NCBI GenBank assembly: GCA_043228905.1
Contig: JBHGNT010000021.1
Coordinates: 7,440,001-7,504,000 of the forward strand
Direction of reading: 5' to 3'
DNA from: Azolla caroliniana
Lineage: Eukaryota; Plantae; Polypodiophyta
Length of the DNA: 64,000 nt
Position 1 is the first letter of the stretch; every line of letters begins with the position of its first letter. Of this stretch, positions 13,794 through 26,909 are shown piece by piece. The position numbers were made by a program, and so were the translations under genes. The notes under the pieces were generated by a model that ran no database searches, was not told the origin of the DNA, and saw only the letters and a list, made by a program, of their open reading frames with translations.

Positions 13794-14500
13794 AATCTGG
13801 AAATAACAACATGCGAGGCGAATTACCACGTTCCAATGGCTATTAATACATAAGTCACTACTGGTGGGAGCATGGCAACGTGTGAACCTTAGCTCTCCTA
13901 ATTGTGTACAGTGCCCAAGTATAGTAGAATCAATACGATACACTCTGTGGGATTGCCTAACGTCGCATCAAATATGGCGGGGGGTTGGCCGCTTGTTGCA
14001 ATTATGCCATGTGCAAGGCTTAACCAAGTGGGGTAATATATGTTGCCTATCATGGCAAACCCCAGTTGGTATATACAAGCATTAAGAGGAGGGGATGACT
14101 TTGGTGATAAAAGCACAAGAGGTTTTTTTCTCCACCAACGGCAATGTCCACTCAACTCCTCTTAATGACAAATCTCAAGTTGTGTTGGAATTGGTCAGCC
14201 CAATAACTCTTCGGATTGTATGGAAACAACGGTGTAGACGAGTCTTCTCCAACCAAACCGCACATCCAACAATGTTACTGCAAGAGATATGGAGTGAAAT
14301 TGTAGCTAGTCTAAAGAGCCAATATGATGGCCTCAATGGCGGCTCTGATGGAGTTGAAAGACAACAAATAGCCTTTATCTAACAATGGTTGTCCTTTCCC
14401 TTTCTTGAGTCAGTGGGCATCCACATAAGATGGACCTATCATGTCCCTACAAGGATTTGTAGATAATAATCTCATATTTAAAATTTTATAACTAATGGAC
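13794..14500 (+). pseudogene. LINE ORF2 3' fragment, copy 2
   Basis: ORFs 13864-14085 and 14095-14382 match copies 1 and 3. Confidence 0.75.
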
Positions 14501-15267
14501 GGAAAAAAAAGGATTGCAAAAACTAACATGTCATTTCACATACAAATTTAAAAACTGAAAAGCTCTATATAATGCTACATTGTTATACATTTCAATACTA
14601 TAAAAGATACACAAAGATACACAAATGAGCGTACCTATCTCACAAAGATAATGAAATACATAAAATAAATATCGTGTTAATGTTTTTACTAATAAGTATG
14701 TAAAAAAATGGTTTCTTTGGGGGAAAAAGGAGGGTATTGTTTTGGAAAAAAGGTTATCTTTTTGTAAAAAAAAGATTATTTTATCAGGAAAAAAGGCTAG
14801 TAAAAAATTTAGTTTTAACTTAGACCTTAAAACATTAAAATCAAACCTTTAGTTTACATGCTTAGAGTATTTATTATAGTTTATTGAAAAAGGTTTTCTT
14901 TTGGGAAAAAGGAGGGTATTTTTTTGGAAAAAACGTGGTTATTGTTTTGGAAAAAAGGTTACCTTTTTGGAGAAAAAAGTGTTATCTTCTAGGAAAAAAG
15001 GTTAGTTTTTGGAAAACAAAGGTTAGTAAAAAATTTAGTTTTAACTTAAAACTTAAAACATTAAAATCAAACGTATCGTTTACACCCTTAAAGTATTTAA
15101 TAAAGGTGATTGTTTAAAATTTCAATCAAATTTAAACTAATATTATTAGGAAAGAATAAATATTTGAGAATATATACCATTATTACATCATGATGATATT
15201 ATTTTAAGCATGTACACACTTCATTATTTTAAATATATTATTGTACACACTTCATAGTACATACATA

Positions 15268-16200
15268 CATAGATTGACATATTCGCATTCGTGGGGCCTC
15301 CCCCACGAATGCATATGAATTAGAATACGAATACAAGTAATAATATTCGTTTTTTTCTTTTTCTTTTTTGGAAAAAAAATTTGTTTCTTTTAACGCTAGC
15401 TAGTGAGCTAGCAACACTGAACAGTGAGCGAAGAGGCCACACCCTGCATCTTCTTCTACTTGATGCTTACACCCTCGCCTCCCCTTTCGGCCTCCGTTTT
15501 TTTCTTTTTCTTTTTTGGAAAAAAAATTTGTTTCTTTTAACGCTAGCTAGTGAGCTAGCAACATTGAACAGTGAGCGAAGAGGCCACACCCTGCATCTTC
15601 TTCTACTTGATGCTTACACCCTCGCCTCCCCTTTCGGCCTCCAAATTAGGGTTTTCGGCTGAAAACCCTAATTTCGACCATATTTCTTCTTTTCGGTTTG
15701 CATCCTCGCCTCCCCCTCATCCTCTAAGTGTCACTTAATTATTATTCTCACCTCCTAATCTAGGGTGGTGCTAAAACCTTAAATTTGGCTGAAATTAGTA
15801 ACCCTAATTAATTAATTAATCATGAATTAATTAACGTTTTAGTAAATTATTTCATTATTAATGAATTAATTAATATTTTAATTCTTAAAACCCTAATTTT
15901 GTGTAAAATTAGGAACCCTAATTAATTGATCATTTGTGAATTAATTAATGTTTTAGTAATTTGATTCATTATTAGTGAGTTAATTAATATTTTAATTCTT
16001 AAAACTCTAATTTTGGCTTAAATTAGGAACCCTAATTAGTTCATTAATCATGAATTAATTAATGTTTTAGTAAATTAATTCATTTATGTAAATTTAAAAG
16101 GAATGGTTCTGTAATATTCTTGGGGTCATTTTTTATTCTCAAATATGACGAATATTACGGATGGAGAATACCAAGAATATCACGCATGGGTCAATCTATG
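15268..16200. mobile_element. hAT-type MITE, copy 2 (copied with the tandem unit)
   Basis: Same TIR and same CATACATA TSD. Internal ~147-bp tandem duplication (~15350-15645). Confidence 0.85.
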
Positions 16201-16220
16201 CATACATATATTTAGATGAT

Positions 16221-16930
16221 AATCTGGAAATAACAACATGTGAGGCGAATTACCACGTTCCAATGGCTATTAATACATAAGTCACTACTGGTGGGAGCAT
16301 GGCAACGTGGGAACCTTAGCTCTCCTAATTGTGTAGAGTGCCCAAATGCAATAGAATCAATACGACACGCTCTGTGGGACTGCCCAACATCCCATCGAAT
16401 ATGGCGGGGGGTTGGCCGCTTGTTGCAATTATGCCATGTGCAAGGCTCAATCAAGTGGGGTAATATATGTTGCCTATCATGGCAAACCCCAGTTGGCAGA
16501 TACAAGCATCAGGAGGAGGGGATGACTTTGGTGATAAAAGCACAAGAGGTTTTTTTCTCCACCAGCGGCAATGTCCACTCAACTCCTCTTAATGACAAAT
16601 CTCAAGTTGTGTTGGAATTGGTCAGCCCAATAACTCTTCGGATTGTATGGAAACAACGGTGTAGACGGGTCTTCTCCAACCAAACCGCACATCCAACAAT
16701 GTTACTGCAAGAGATATGGAGTGAAATTGTAGCTAGTCTAAAGAGCCAATATGATGGCCTCAATGGCGGCTCTGATGGAGTTAAAAGACAACGAATAGCC
16801 TTTATCTAACAATGGTCGTCCTCTCCCTTTCTTGAGTCAGTGGGCATCCACATAAGATGGAACTATCGCGTCCCTAGAGGGATTTGTATATAATGATCTC
16901 ATTTGTAAAATGTTATAATTAATGGAAGGA
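16221..16930 (+). pseudogene. LINE ORF2 3' fragment, copy 3 (189-aa open stretch)
   Basis: TTFQWLLIHKSLLVG...CVECPNAIESIRHALWDC...IVWKQRCRRVF is the zf-RVT-like tail of plant L1 ORF2. Confidence 0.8.
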
Positions 16931-17757
16931 GTTTTTTTTGGAAAAATAAATAAATATATTTAGATGATAATATGTGACATACCCAATGATGGTACTATAT
17001 GTGTCATATATATATTATATATATGACGTACAAAACGATGCCTATCCGGCTATCGGCTACAAAACAGTGTGCATTTGGATCGATACAACTATCCGGATCC
17101 GTCATTTCCCTAATAGTATTTATCTATAACATATTACTACTTACGGCCTTAACTCTTCCCAGTACACACCTCCGCCTCCGGATCATACTGTCATAGGCCA
17201 ACAGTCTCTTGACGGACATTTTTATTAGGTGTATGTTTTTGACAAGCAAAATGGCCTCTGACGGGCGTGACACCTGTCAAATTTTTGCCTTGTAAAGGAC
17301 ATAATGCATGAATAAACAAGCAAGCTCTAATTTAATATACTGGAAAATGCCTCAAGCTATTATAAGAGGGGGATTATGGTAAAATTTCAGAGGGAATTAT
17401 TAAGGTTCTATAATTATTCATAATTTATTAAAGGTTCGTTTTAGCGTTTTGAAGTGACATTCAACCTACAAAGGTGCAAATGTATTGACTTAATTCACTA
17501 GTCACTAAATTTATGTTTGTTTAATTACTTTCTCTTCATTATTAATGTACACTTAATGCCACTTGCCATGGGGCCACTGCAATAGCTGATGAGTCAAATA
17601 ATGTGGGTGTCAATTATGTATGGGCATTTCAATGTTATTTTGTTGTAATAAGCACACAGTGTTCACCAATACAAAAATGATGAAATCTACAATTGTGAAT
17701 GAATAGATGTCGGGTGAAGAATGATTTAAACACATGCGCACATAACTCAAAAGAGTT

Positions 17758-17905
17758 AGAATAAAGACACATCCATGTGTCATGAGTGCCACATCACGAC
17801 TATAGAAGATGTGCATCGAGGCATGTTTTCAAGAATAAAGGCACATCCACGTGTCATGAGTTCCACATCACGACTATAGAACATGTGCATTGGGGCATGT
17901 TTTCA
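17758..17905 (+). repeat. 74-bp tandem duplication
   Basis: AGAATAAAG(A/G)CACATCCA(T/C)GTGTCATGAGT... at 17758 and 17832. Confidence 0.85.
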
Positions 17906-18042
17906 CCTTGCTACAAGTGTCACTTCTTTATGCTACAAATGATGCTCTTAACAACCCTTATGACTCCGTCTATTTTGCTATTGCTCTCTCTCTCTCTCTC
18001 TCTCTCTAACTCTCTTGTGTTCTCTTGCTTTTGAGGTCATGT

Positions 18043-18351
18043 TGTTGCGTAAACAGGCATGAGTGTCTACTTGAGCGGGACCACGGGGGTCTTGGACCGA
18101 GGACGCAAAGATTAGGAGGACACGAATGTAGGGGAACTTGGCAATTAGGAGAGATTAAAATGCTTGGGAATAGGCTTAATACATTTGATTAATTGTAGTG
18201 CACAAGATTAAGATCAAAATAAACTCAAATTAAGATCTAGATTCAAGATTATACAAGAAATCCCTTTATAATGTAGAGTTTACAAAATATACATAATGAA
18301 TAAGCACAATGTAGAAGTGATATAATGAATGATTAGAAGAGAATTGTGTAT
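18043..18351 (-). mobile_element. Old LTR fragment carrying the conserved U5 motif; interrupted by the copia at 18352 and possibly resuming at 23062-23325
   Basis: TGTTGCG terminus with GCGGGACCACGGGGGTCTTGGAC ~31 nt inside, as in the LTRs at 51453, 55972 and 61837. Confidence 0.5.
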
Positions 18352-18636
18352 TGTTGAGAATCAAGCTCAACTTCTCGGGTGTGGGAACACACTTTAGGAT
18401 ACTCAAGTGTGTGAACACCCCACCTCCTTGTATAGTAACTAGTGTGTCATAGAAGTTAATGTTCTATGCCACATATTCTTTAGGTAATTAAGACTCGACC
18501 TCTTTCCCAAGAGGCGCTTCTAGTGAGAGAATCTAGAGAGAAGGTGATTATATAAGGACCTTCTCTTTCTCGTTGTAACGTGTTGGTTATTCTTGCTTCC
18601 TTTGTAATACAATTTTCCGATTTTTTTGTAATCGTG

Positions 18637-18691
<55 letters not shown>

Positions 18692-21600
18692 AATTCTTCC
18701 ATTGTACATAATCATCAACGATTCTTTACATGGTATCAAAGCCCGTGGTTGCTTGATCGAAGCCCATCGCCTCTACGTGTGTTGTGCCCGATTTTGCGTT
18801 CGGAAAGAACCGACTGATCATTGTAGCAACAATCTGCAGAGTTCGCATCAAAGAAGAAGAAGAAGAAGCTTGACATGAATACTTAGATGGGAAGCGCTCT
18901 TCCTACTGAAAAGCTCGACAGAAACAACTTTGCATCTTGGAGGTACAAGATGCAGCAATACCTTGTCGGCCAAGGCTATTGGAGTTATGTCAAAGGGGCA
19001 AATGAGAATCAACCCAACCCAACACGTGCCGACTACCCAGCTTGGGAGCAAGCAGTGAGTCATGTGTTATATTGCCTTGCATCATGCGTCCATGATCACA
19101 TGCTCGGCTACATCAGGGAGGCCAAAACACCGAAGGAGGCATGGGGGAACCTCAAGAACATTTTCGCGGCCAACATGACCGCAAGAAAGGTTCAACTCCG
19201 TCAAGAGTTGAATGGTATACAACAGAGGGAAATGTCAATCGATAACTACACATTGAAGATCAAGGAGTTGTGCGATGCCGTCGGGTCGATCAATGTTAGC
19301 ATTGACGATGATGAAATGGTGCAGATTTGTCTCGGAGGCTTAGCACCTCGATTCAAAGCCATTCGGTAGGAAGCCCTCACGAGGGAGAATCCTCCCTCCT
19401 TTGTTCTCTAGTCGATGCTACTAGTCGAGGAGAATCATGTTCGAACAAGAAGCAATGCGCAAGAAGGACAAATGCTCTATTCGAACTTCAATGGAGGAAG
19501 AGGACAAGTTCGGGGAAGAAGAGGCCGATTCGGCCATTGAAGGCCAACACAACCAACAACAACACCGAGAACATAACTTCTATTACTGACAAGACGTATC
19601 GAACGCGCGAGGTAGAGTGTCTGGAAGAAGGGGGAGCAATTAGGGTGAACCCACCTGACAAAACAATCCCGCTTAGTGTGGATACTGTGGTAAATTCGGC
19701 CACTATGAGACAGAGTGTTGGAAAAAGAAGAGTGAGTCAGCCTCCACAAGCCAACAACTCACAAACTACGCCTCCAACTCCAACTACGACAATCGTGGCA
19801 GAATGTTTGTGTTGAGGCACAGAGAAAACTCGATGACAACCTCCAACCCGACCAACACCTCCAAACCAAAAGATGTATGGGTTGTCGACTCGGGTGCATC
19901 CAACCACATGAAATCCCACGAGGATTGGTTCAAGGAGCTACGAAAGCCCAAACGACCCGGCTATGTGGACACTGGGGATGACACAATTCACCCCATTCAA
20001 CATGTCGACAATGTCCCATTTGGCGAAGAATGCAACCAAACCTACATCAAGAACGTTCTGCATGTTCCTACAATAACAAAGAACTTGGTCTCCATTGGCC
20101 AGATAGTTGAACAAGGCATGCAAGTTTGCTTCAACCATGGAGGATGCTTCATCAGAAAAGAAGGCCGACTCATTGCTCGCGGTCAGAGAGAGGGTGGGAT
20201 GTTCATCCTCGACTCTCACGAGATAAACTCGGCAATGTATGCCAAGGGCTAGAGAGCCGACACTGACATAGAGTTGTGGCACAAGAGGATAGGCGACATC
20301 AACCTCCAAAAGCTCAAGGGAATGCAATCGAAAGGAGTCGTCATCGGACTCCTGACCTTTACTGAAAAGGAGAGAGCAGGCGTATGCGAAGCTTGTCAAT
20401 TCAACAAACAACACCGACAACCATTCCCGAAGGAAAGGAACGTAAGAAAAGGGATCCTGGATGTAATACATTTAGATGTATGGGGACCAGCCCAGATGAC
20501 AACATTCGGTGGTTGCTGATACTACATGGCATTCATCGACAACTTCTCTAGACATACCTGGATCTACCGTATGCGACAGAAGAGCGAAGTGTTCATACAC
20601 TTCCAAAAGTTCAAAAACAAAGTCAAAAAGACGACTGGTCAACGAAAAAACATTCTCAAACCACCCATACACAACTGATGGTGTAAGGAAGTTATTCAAT
20701 AGAAGTGAAAAAGAAGATAAATGTAATTGACTAGCCAGTACATTCAAGTGGCAAATAGGTTCGCTTATATTGGCAAAGAATACTTCTCTGACACCTTTAC
20801 AACATACCTTCGACAAGAAAGCATCCGACGAGAGTTTACCTGCTGACACACCTCAGTAGAACGGAGTAACCGAACGCAAGAATCAGCACATACTCGAGGT
20901 GGCAAGGGCAATGATGAACGAGAAACCTTTGCCAAAGTCATATTGGGCTGAAGCAGCGAATACGGCCACTTATCAGATGAATCGCTGCACAACATCAGGA
21001 GTGCACGTTGTTACCCCTTGCGAAAAGTTCTATGAGAAGAAACCAGATCTATCCCATGTCAAGATATTTGGTTCAATTACATATGTACATATTCCCGACG
21101 AGAAGCGGCAGAAGCTCGATTCCAAGTTAGAGAAGTGTATACTCGTAGGGTACTCTCTTGAGAAAAAAGGGTATAAGTGCTTCAACGCCTCCACCAAGAA
21201 GGTACGAGTGAGTAGGTATGTAGTATTCGACGAGTTAACATCCTAGTATACAGTCGAATCGGTCCCATCCGACATAGTCGAAACAGAGTTCGATACAGAT
21301 ACGGAGGAGAATGATCGACCGAGTCCCACATAAGAGGAAAGTCCAATCTCAACTAGGTTGAGTGCACTTCAAGAGCCTCCAAGAGACCAAAGCACGTTGC
21401 GGCCGAATCCGAAACAGGACAAAGGAAAGGCCAAAATGCTTGAGTACGAAGACTTAGATAGAAATGAATCGGACCACTCACCCGGCATTGAGTATGGTAG
21501 ACTAGATGTGCCCATCATGAGAACACCAAGAGAACCAGTCGATCCACTTGAGAGAAGAATGTAGTTAGCCGATTCGGCTACAATGACTACATGGCATATA

Positions 21601-23056
21601 ATTATGCGTTCATGATGAAGGTGGCAACAGTTCGAGAACTAGAAACCTTTTCTGAAGCTGCGAAGGATCCTCGATGGGTCGAAGCGACGAATGAGGAGAT
21701 GCAAGCACTCTCCAAGAACGAGACATGGGATCTCGTCCCTTCTTCACACCACCAAAAGGAATTTGGATGTTGGTGGATCTTCAAAGTGAAGCACAATGTC
21801 GATGGTACTGTCAATCGGTACAAGGCTCGGCTTGTGGTGAAAGGCTACACACAGACACACGGTGTCGACTACGAAGAGACCTTTGCCTCGGTGGCAAAGA
21901 TGACTACAATTCGAACCGTGATCACGCTTGCAATAGCAAAAGGGTGGCACCTCTACCAAATTGACGTAAAGGATGCCTTTCTACAAGGTGAGTTAGACGA
22001 TGAGGTGTATATGATACAACCACATGGATTCGGGTCAACTACACATTCGACTACTGTCTGCCGACTCAAGAAGCCTCTCTATGGCCTCAAACATGCCACC
22101 TAGAGCTTGGCGCTTGAAGATAACCCAATATCTTCATCAAATCGGCTTCAACATGTCCAAGTCTGACAACTCTATGTTCATCTGGAGCGACTCTAGAGGA
22201 CAGGTATTTATCATCATTTATGTGGATGACTTGGTCATAGGAGGAGAGCATTTAGCAGATATATAACACATCAAGAAGCTCCTCTCCATCCGATTCGAAA
22301 TGAAAGACATGAAGGAGCTTCATTACTTTCTAGGAATAGAAGTAATTCGGACTCGACATCATGCTTTCTCAAAGGAACTATATTCTCAATCTTCCTTACA
22401 AGTTTGGTATGACACAATGTAAGCCTGTCAGTACTCCTCTCGATCGAAATCTAATGCTAGATGTTGACTCAAGCACTAGAAAGTGTGAGCCGACACACTA
22501 TGGTCAATTAGTCGGAAGGCTCATCTACCTCACAATTACCCGACCCGACTTGAGTTGCCTGGTCGGCCTCCTTAGCCAGTTCATGCAAACTCTGTGAGAC
22601 ATCCTTAGCCAGTTCATGCAACCGAAGCTAAGAGCGTGTTTTGGTCGAGGATGTTGACCTACAACACATCAGCACAAACCTGCAGATGACCGACATCTTC
22701 ACCAAGGCCCTAGGAGTCGACAAGTTGCGGTAGTTCATGAAGAACCTGGGTCTTTTGACCATCAACGAGCTGAGCCTGAGGGGGGGAGTAAGGAGCAGGA
22801 GTGAACTGGTCATCCAAACCAACCGAAGCCGGAGTCGATTCATAGCCGACCCGAAGACCAATACAAACCAACCATCCGATGACCGGAAATTGTGTTTGAA
22901 GGGGCGTGTTGAGAATCAAACTCAACTTCCCGGGTATGGGAACACACTTTTCTGTAATCATGAGCTCTCTCTCTCACACACACGCGCGCGCACGTGCACA
23001 CACACACACACACACACAGTTCTTCCGTTGTACAGAATCATCAACGATTCTTTACA
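18352..23056 (+). mobile_element. Full-length decayed Ty1/copia LTR retrotransposon (family 1)
   Basis: 5' LTR 18352-18730; PBS TGGTATCAAAGC (tRNA-iMet, one mismatch); PPT TTGAAGGGGCG; internally deleted 3' LTR 22907-23056; TSD TGTAT on both sides. Confidence 0.95.
18875..22790 (+). pseudogene. gag-pol: Copia gag-pol pseudogene (GAG-PR-INT-RT; RNase H largely deleted)
   Basis: KLDRNNFASW, CCHC knuckle, WVVDSGASNH, WHKRIG...CEAC, YKARLVVKG and IIYVDDL. Multiple stops and frameshifts. Confidence 0.92.
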
Positions 23057-24555
23057 TGTATTGTAGGTTTAATTGCTAGGATCCAAGCTACGTGGTCTTT
23101 GACGTGGCCTCGCCTACCATCAATGGCTATGCCACCTTTGTTATTGAGATAGTGTCCTTGTGCCACTTTGAACCTCCTTCCTTGCCCCATGAGCTAACTC
23201 TGCCTTCTTTCTCTTTGACATCGCCTCTTTGAGCGGACTGTTATACCCTCTTGGTAAACACGATTAAGATACTTATTCCCTAAGTACCCTCAGCAAAGAT
23301 TGTGGTCGGCGGTACGGTCGTAACACTCACAAATTGATAGAAATATTAAGCACATAAGTTATAACCAATCGACTGCTATAGAAAGTTATTCAGAACATTG
23401 TCTGAATCGGCTACAACTGATTGGCTCCACATAGTACACTTAAAATATAACTTAGAAACACAACCACAATATTCTATATTAAACTTAATAATCAGTTATA
23501 GACTAATAGTTTGTACAATAATCATGCCCCATTATATAGGTGGCATGGGAGTCTTACATCAAGAAACAATGTCGTGTCGGCAAACAGTTACTAACTAACT
23601 AACTATTTACATTCTGCATATTCGTTTTTCGGCTTTGTCCGGCATCACACCTGTCCGACTCTTACTACTTTCACCTATACTTCATTTGGCTTATCGGCCA
23701 AAAAACTCCTTTTACATTGTAGTCGACCTGCGTAGCTAACATGATGAAACCTAAACACTCTCGAGTAGAGAGAAAATAAGAAAAGGAAGAAAGAACTTAA
23801 ACTCTTGTGAAGACGATGAAGAAGAAAACCCTCAAATCTCAAGTTTGTTGAGGAGAAGAAGAAAGAAACCCTAAAACCCCAAGTAAGTGGAAGTAAGTGG
23901 AGTGGAGAAGAGGAAGATTAAGAAAAAACCCATATGACCCTAATGGCACACTCTTGAAACACAAAATGAGCAAACTGAAACAAACTCTCTTCTCCTCTTT
24001 TTATATAAACACATTCGCGTTCACAAGTGGAAGGCTCGCACATTCCACATGTAGATTCCTTTTGTAAATATCCAAATATACCCTCTCCACAAAAATTGGA
24101 TGCACTAGTATCACATGTTCCACAACTTGATTAGAATTTGCAAATTTAAAAAAACATGATAGGTCTCCGAGTGGAGAACATGTGAAATTCACTTAACTTT
24201 GGATGTGTTGATATGTTAATGCCATTATAATAAAGTTCAACAATGGCTCAATATCGAGCTTTTGTGCAACATGGCAAACACTCAGATGAAGAATTATATT
24301 TTTTTGGTAAGTTTTGCAAAAATATGAGGTGTAATTGTATCCATGCTAATAAAATGAGTTATAATTTATAGTTTGACCCATACTCGTATGTATATAATTG
24401 TGGACAATGTAAGATAGTGAACCTTAGGATAATGTGATTGAAATAACAAACTTATTAAGGCTTTCAATACTACTGTTTAAAGTTGATCTAATCTAATCCT
24501 TAGGTGATTCACATGGGATCAAACTCCAAAGGATAACACTAGTGGGACTACAAGC

Positions 24556-25068
24556 GTATGAAACATGTGGATATTGATGAGAGGTGTACTCCAAGGTCGC
24601 GCAACTAATGGGACAATGTGGCATCGACCATTATCAACACACTACACAATGTAAGTAGCAATGGAAGACAAACAAACATAATAGTTTGATAATTAAGAAC
24701 ACACTACACATTCTAAGCATCAATAGAAGACAAAGATCCATAATATATGGACCATTATATATTAGACACAGTTTCACAGTCTTGACAACCGATCTCAATT
24801 AACGCCATGGAGGTATGAAACATGTGGATATTGATGAGAGGTGTACTCCAAGGTCGCGCAACTAATGGGACAATGTGGCATCGACCATTATCAACACACT
24901 ACACAATGTAAGCAGCAATGGAAGACAAACAAACATAATAGTTTGATAATTAAGAACACACTACACATTCTAAGCATCAATAGAAGACAAAGATCCATAA
25001 TATATGGACCATTATATATTAGGCACAGTTTCACAGTCTTGACAACCGATCTCAATTAACGCCATGGA
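24556..25068 (+). repeat. 257-bp tandem duplication, nearly identical
   Basis: GTATGAAACATGTGGATATTG...AACGCCATGGA starting at 24556 and 24813. Confidence 0.93.
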
Positions 25069-25459
25069 CAATCTTGACGACCATTCAACGGGGATAATCT
25101 GTTTAGGTAAAGTTTGACCGAAATCAACCTTAAGGTTAACTAGTTCATGTTTCTCCATATTAGAGTCAACAATAGATGCGATGAAACTGATGTCATAAGT
25201 CAACAAACCAAGTATATAGGAATATAATTAAAACATATAGAAGAATGTAAACAATAGAGTACACCAATGGAAGAACCCAAAATTTGTATTAGAGCTTGGA
25301 ATTCATAAGTTTACACATCATCAACAAAACATTCTATTACATAGCAATCAAATCATCAACGCCATTATCCTCTTCATCCCTTAGAGAAGTCTCTTCAGCT
25401 ATCTGAGCATTGTCTTTCCCTGTTAGCCGAGCAACCGTAAGATCTTCTATAAGGTCGTC

Positions 25460-26710
25460 ATCAAGCCCAATTAGCTCTTCCGGTTCCCCAGTTGTCGGCT
25501 TGTTTGATCGTGCGGCCTTTCTTAGCTCCCTTGCTGTCGCGGTGTTGGCACCTCTTCCACTGCCCTTTCCTCCGCTTGCCCTTCAGTTGATTCAGCGTCT
25601 CTGAATTGAACATTTGAACCGAATCGGATATCTCCGATTCGTTTTCTCTGTTGCCCAAATTGGCTGTCTCCAATTCGTCTTCTGTCTTTAGGCCCTTAAC
25701 CACATCAGACCATGTCTTGTTCTTGGCCTTCTCGCCCTTCTTGGCTTCATCTTCCCCTTGTTCGGCTGACTCTGGCTCTTCCCTTCGATTGCTGCCCTTC
25801 AACCCGAAATCAAATTCTTCATCCGACTCTATTTCGCAGTCATTTCCGCTCCTTTCCTGTTCCGTTCTCCCCCTCAAGTTCGGCACATTGAGGTGTTGCA
25901 AACCAAACACACCCAAGAATTGCCGCAACTTGTCAAGACCAAGGGGCTTGGTGAAGATGTCGGCAGTCTACCGATTCGTCGAAACATATTCTAGTTCGAA
26001 TTCACCGGATAGGACATGCTCGCGGACAAAATGGTAGTGCACCTCAATGTGCTTGGTCCGGGCGTGGAAGACGAGGTTCTTCACAAGTTGGAGGCTGCTG
26101 AGGTTGTCATAATACATCGTCGTCGGAGCGGACACCTCCACCTGCATATCCTTGAGTAGCCTCTTGAGCCAGATGACTTCGCACATAGCGACAACTGCTC
26201 CTCGATACTCGGCCTTCGTGCTCGATAGTGCCATTGTTGGCTGCTTTTTACTGCTCCATGCGATCACCACACTTCCCAATGAAAATGCATATCCAAATGT
26301 TGATCTGCGATTGACGGCATTTCCGACCCAATCGGCATCCATGTAACCGACTAACTGCTCGACTACTCCTATCCGATATAGCAACGCCATGTCCTTAGTG
26401 CCGCTGACATACCGCAATATCCTTTACGTGCACTGAAGGTGTTCGGTCGTGGGTTGCGACATAAATTGACTGATCAGGCCGACCGGGTAGCTGAGATTTG
26501 ACCGAGTGATCGTCAAATCAATTAGGCTCCCGAAAACCTGTTGTAACCGAGCTAGGTCACACGCCTTTCTCGAATCTCGGCGAAGCTTGACGTTTCGGTC
26601 TAGAGGAATTGAGATGGACTTACAGTCTGCCATCTCGAACTTGAAGAGCATACTCAACACGTAATGGTGTTGGCTGATAAGTATGCCTTTGGAGGTGCGG
26701 ATCACTTCGA
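25460..26710 (-). pseudogene. pol: Copia (family 2, copy A) 3' part: RT end, RNase H and C-terminal extension
   Basis: GYMDADW, ALSSTKAEY and FHARTKHIEVHYHF, followed by an open tail to 25461. Confidence 0.9.
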
Positions 26711-26909
26711 ATTTGCTAACTAATTTTCTCTCTTAATCTGAGTACTCACTAATACACTATACTCGTGGGATTCACGAGTTTTTCATATCTTTCTTTCTTA
26801 CAATATATTTCATATTCTTAATTGCCTTAGAATTTTCTTTCCTCCTAGTCCAAAACCCCAACGGTTCCCACCCGACTCACGCAACAATCCGGCGCCGAAA
26901 GGCACGACA
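26711..26909 (+). mobile_element. 3' end (U5) of an LTR carrying the conserved U5 motif, abutting chromovirus pol
   Basis: CCTAGTCCAAAACCCCAACGGTTCCCACC at 26844-26872; ends CACGACA. Confidence 0.6.

Larger units (their letters stand above)
11429..16950 (+). repeat. ~2.4-kb tandem amplification (units start ~11429, ~13794, ~16221; third unit truncated)
   Basis: Near-identical LINE 3' end, AT-rich block and MITE recur. Repeated junction TATATTTAGATGATAAT|CTGGAAATAACAAC. Confidence 0.92.
10600..17292. mobile_element. Putative hAT-like non-autonomous composite DNA element
   Basis: Imperfect 21-bp TIR: CAGGGCCAAAATTTGACACGT on the left versus CAAGGCAAAAATTTGACAGGT (reverse complement of the right end). 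Subterminal TTGACGGACATTTT occurs at both ends. No TSD recognisable and no transposase seen. Confidence 0.5.

Noticed and set aside
15285-15312. Helitron 3' hairpin explaining the tandem units
   Set aside because: No CTRR end at the expected distance. The hairpin lies inside a TIR/8-bp-TSD element.
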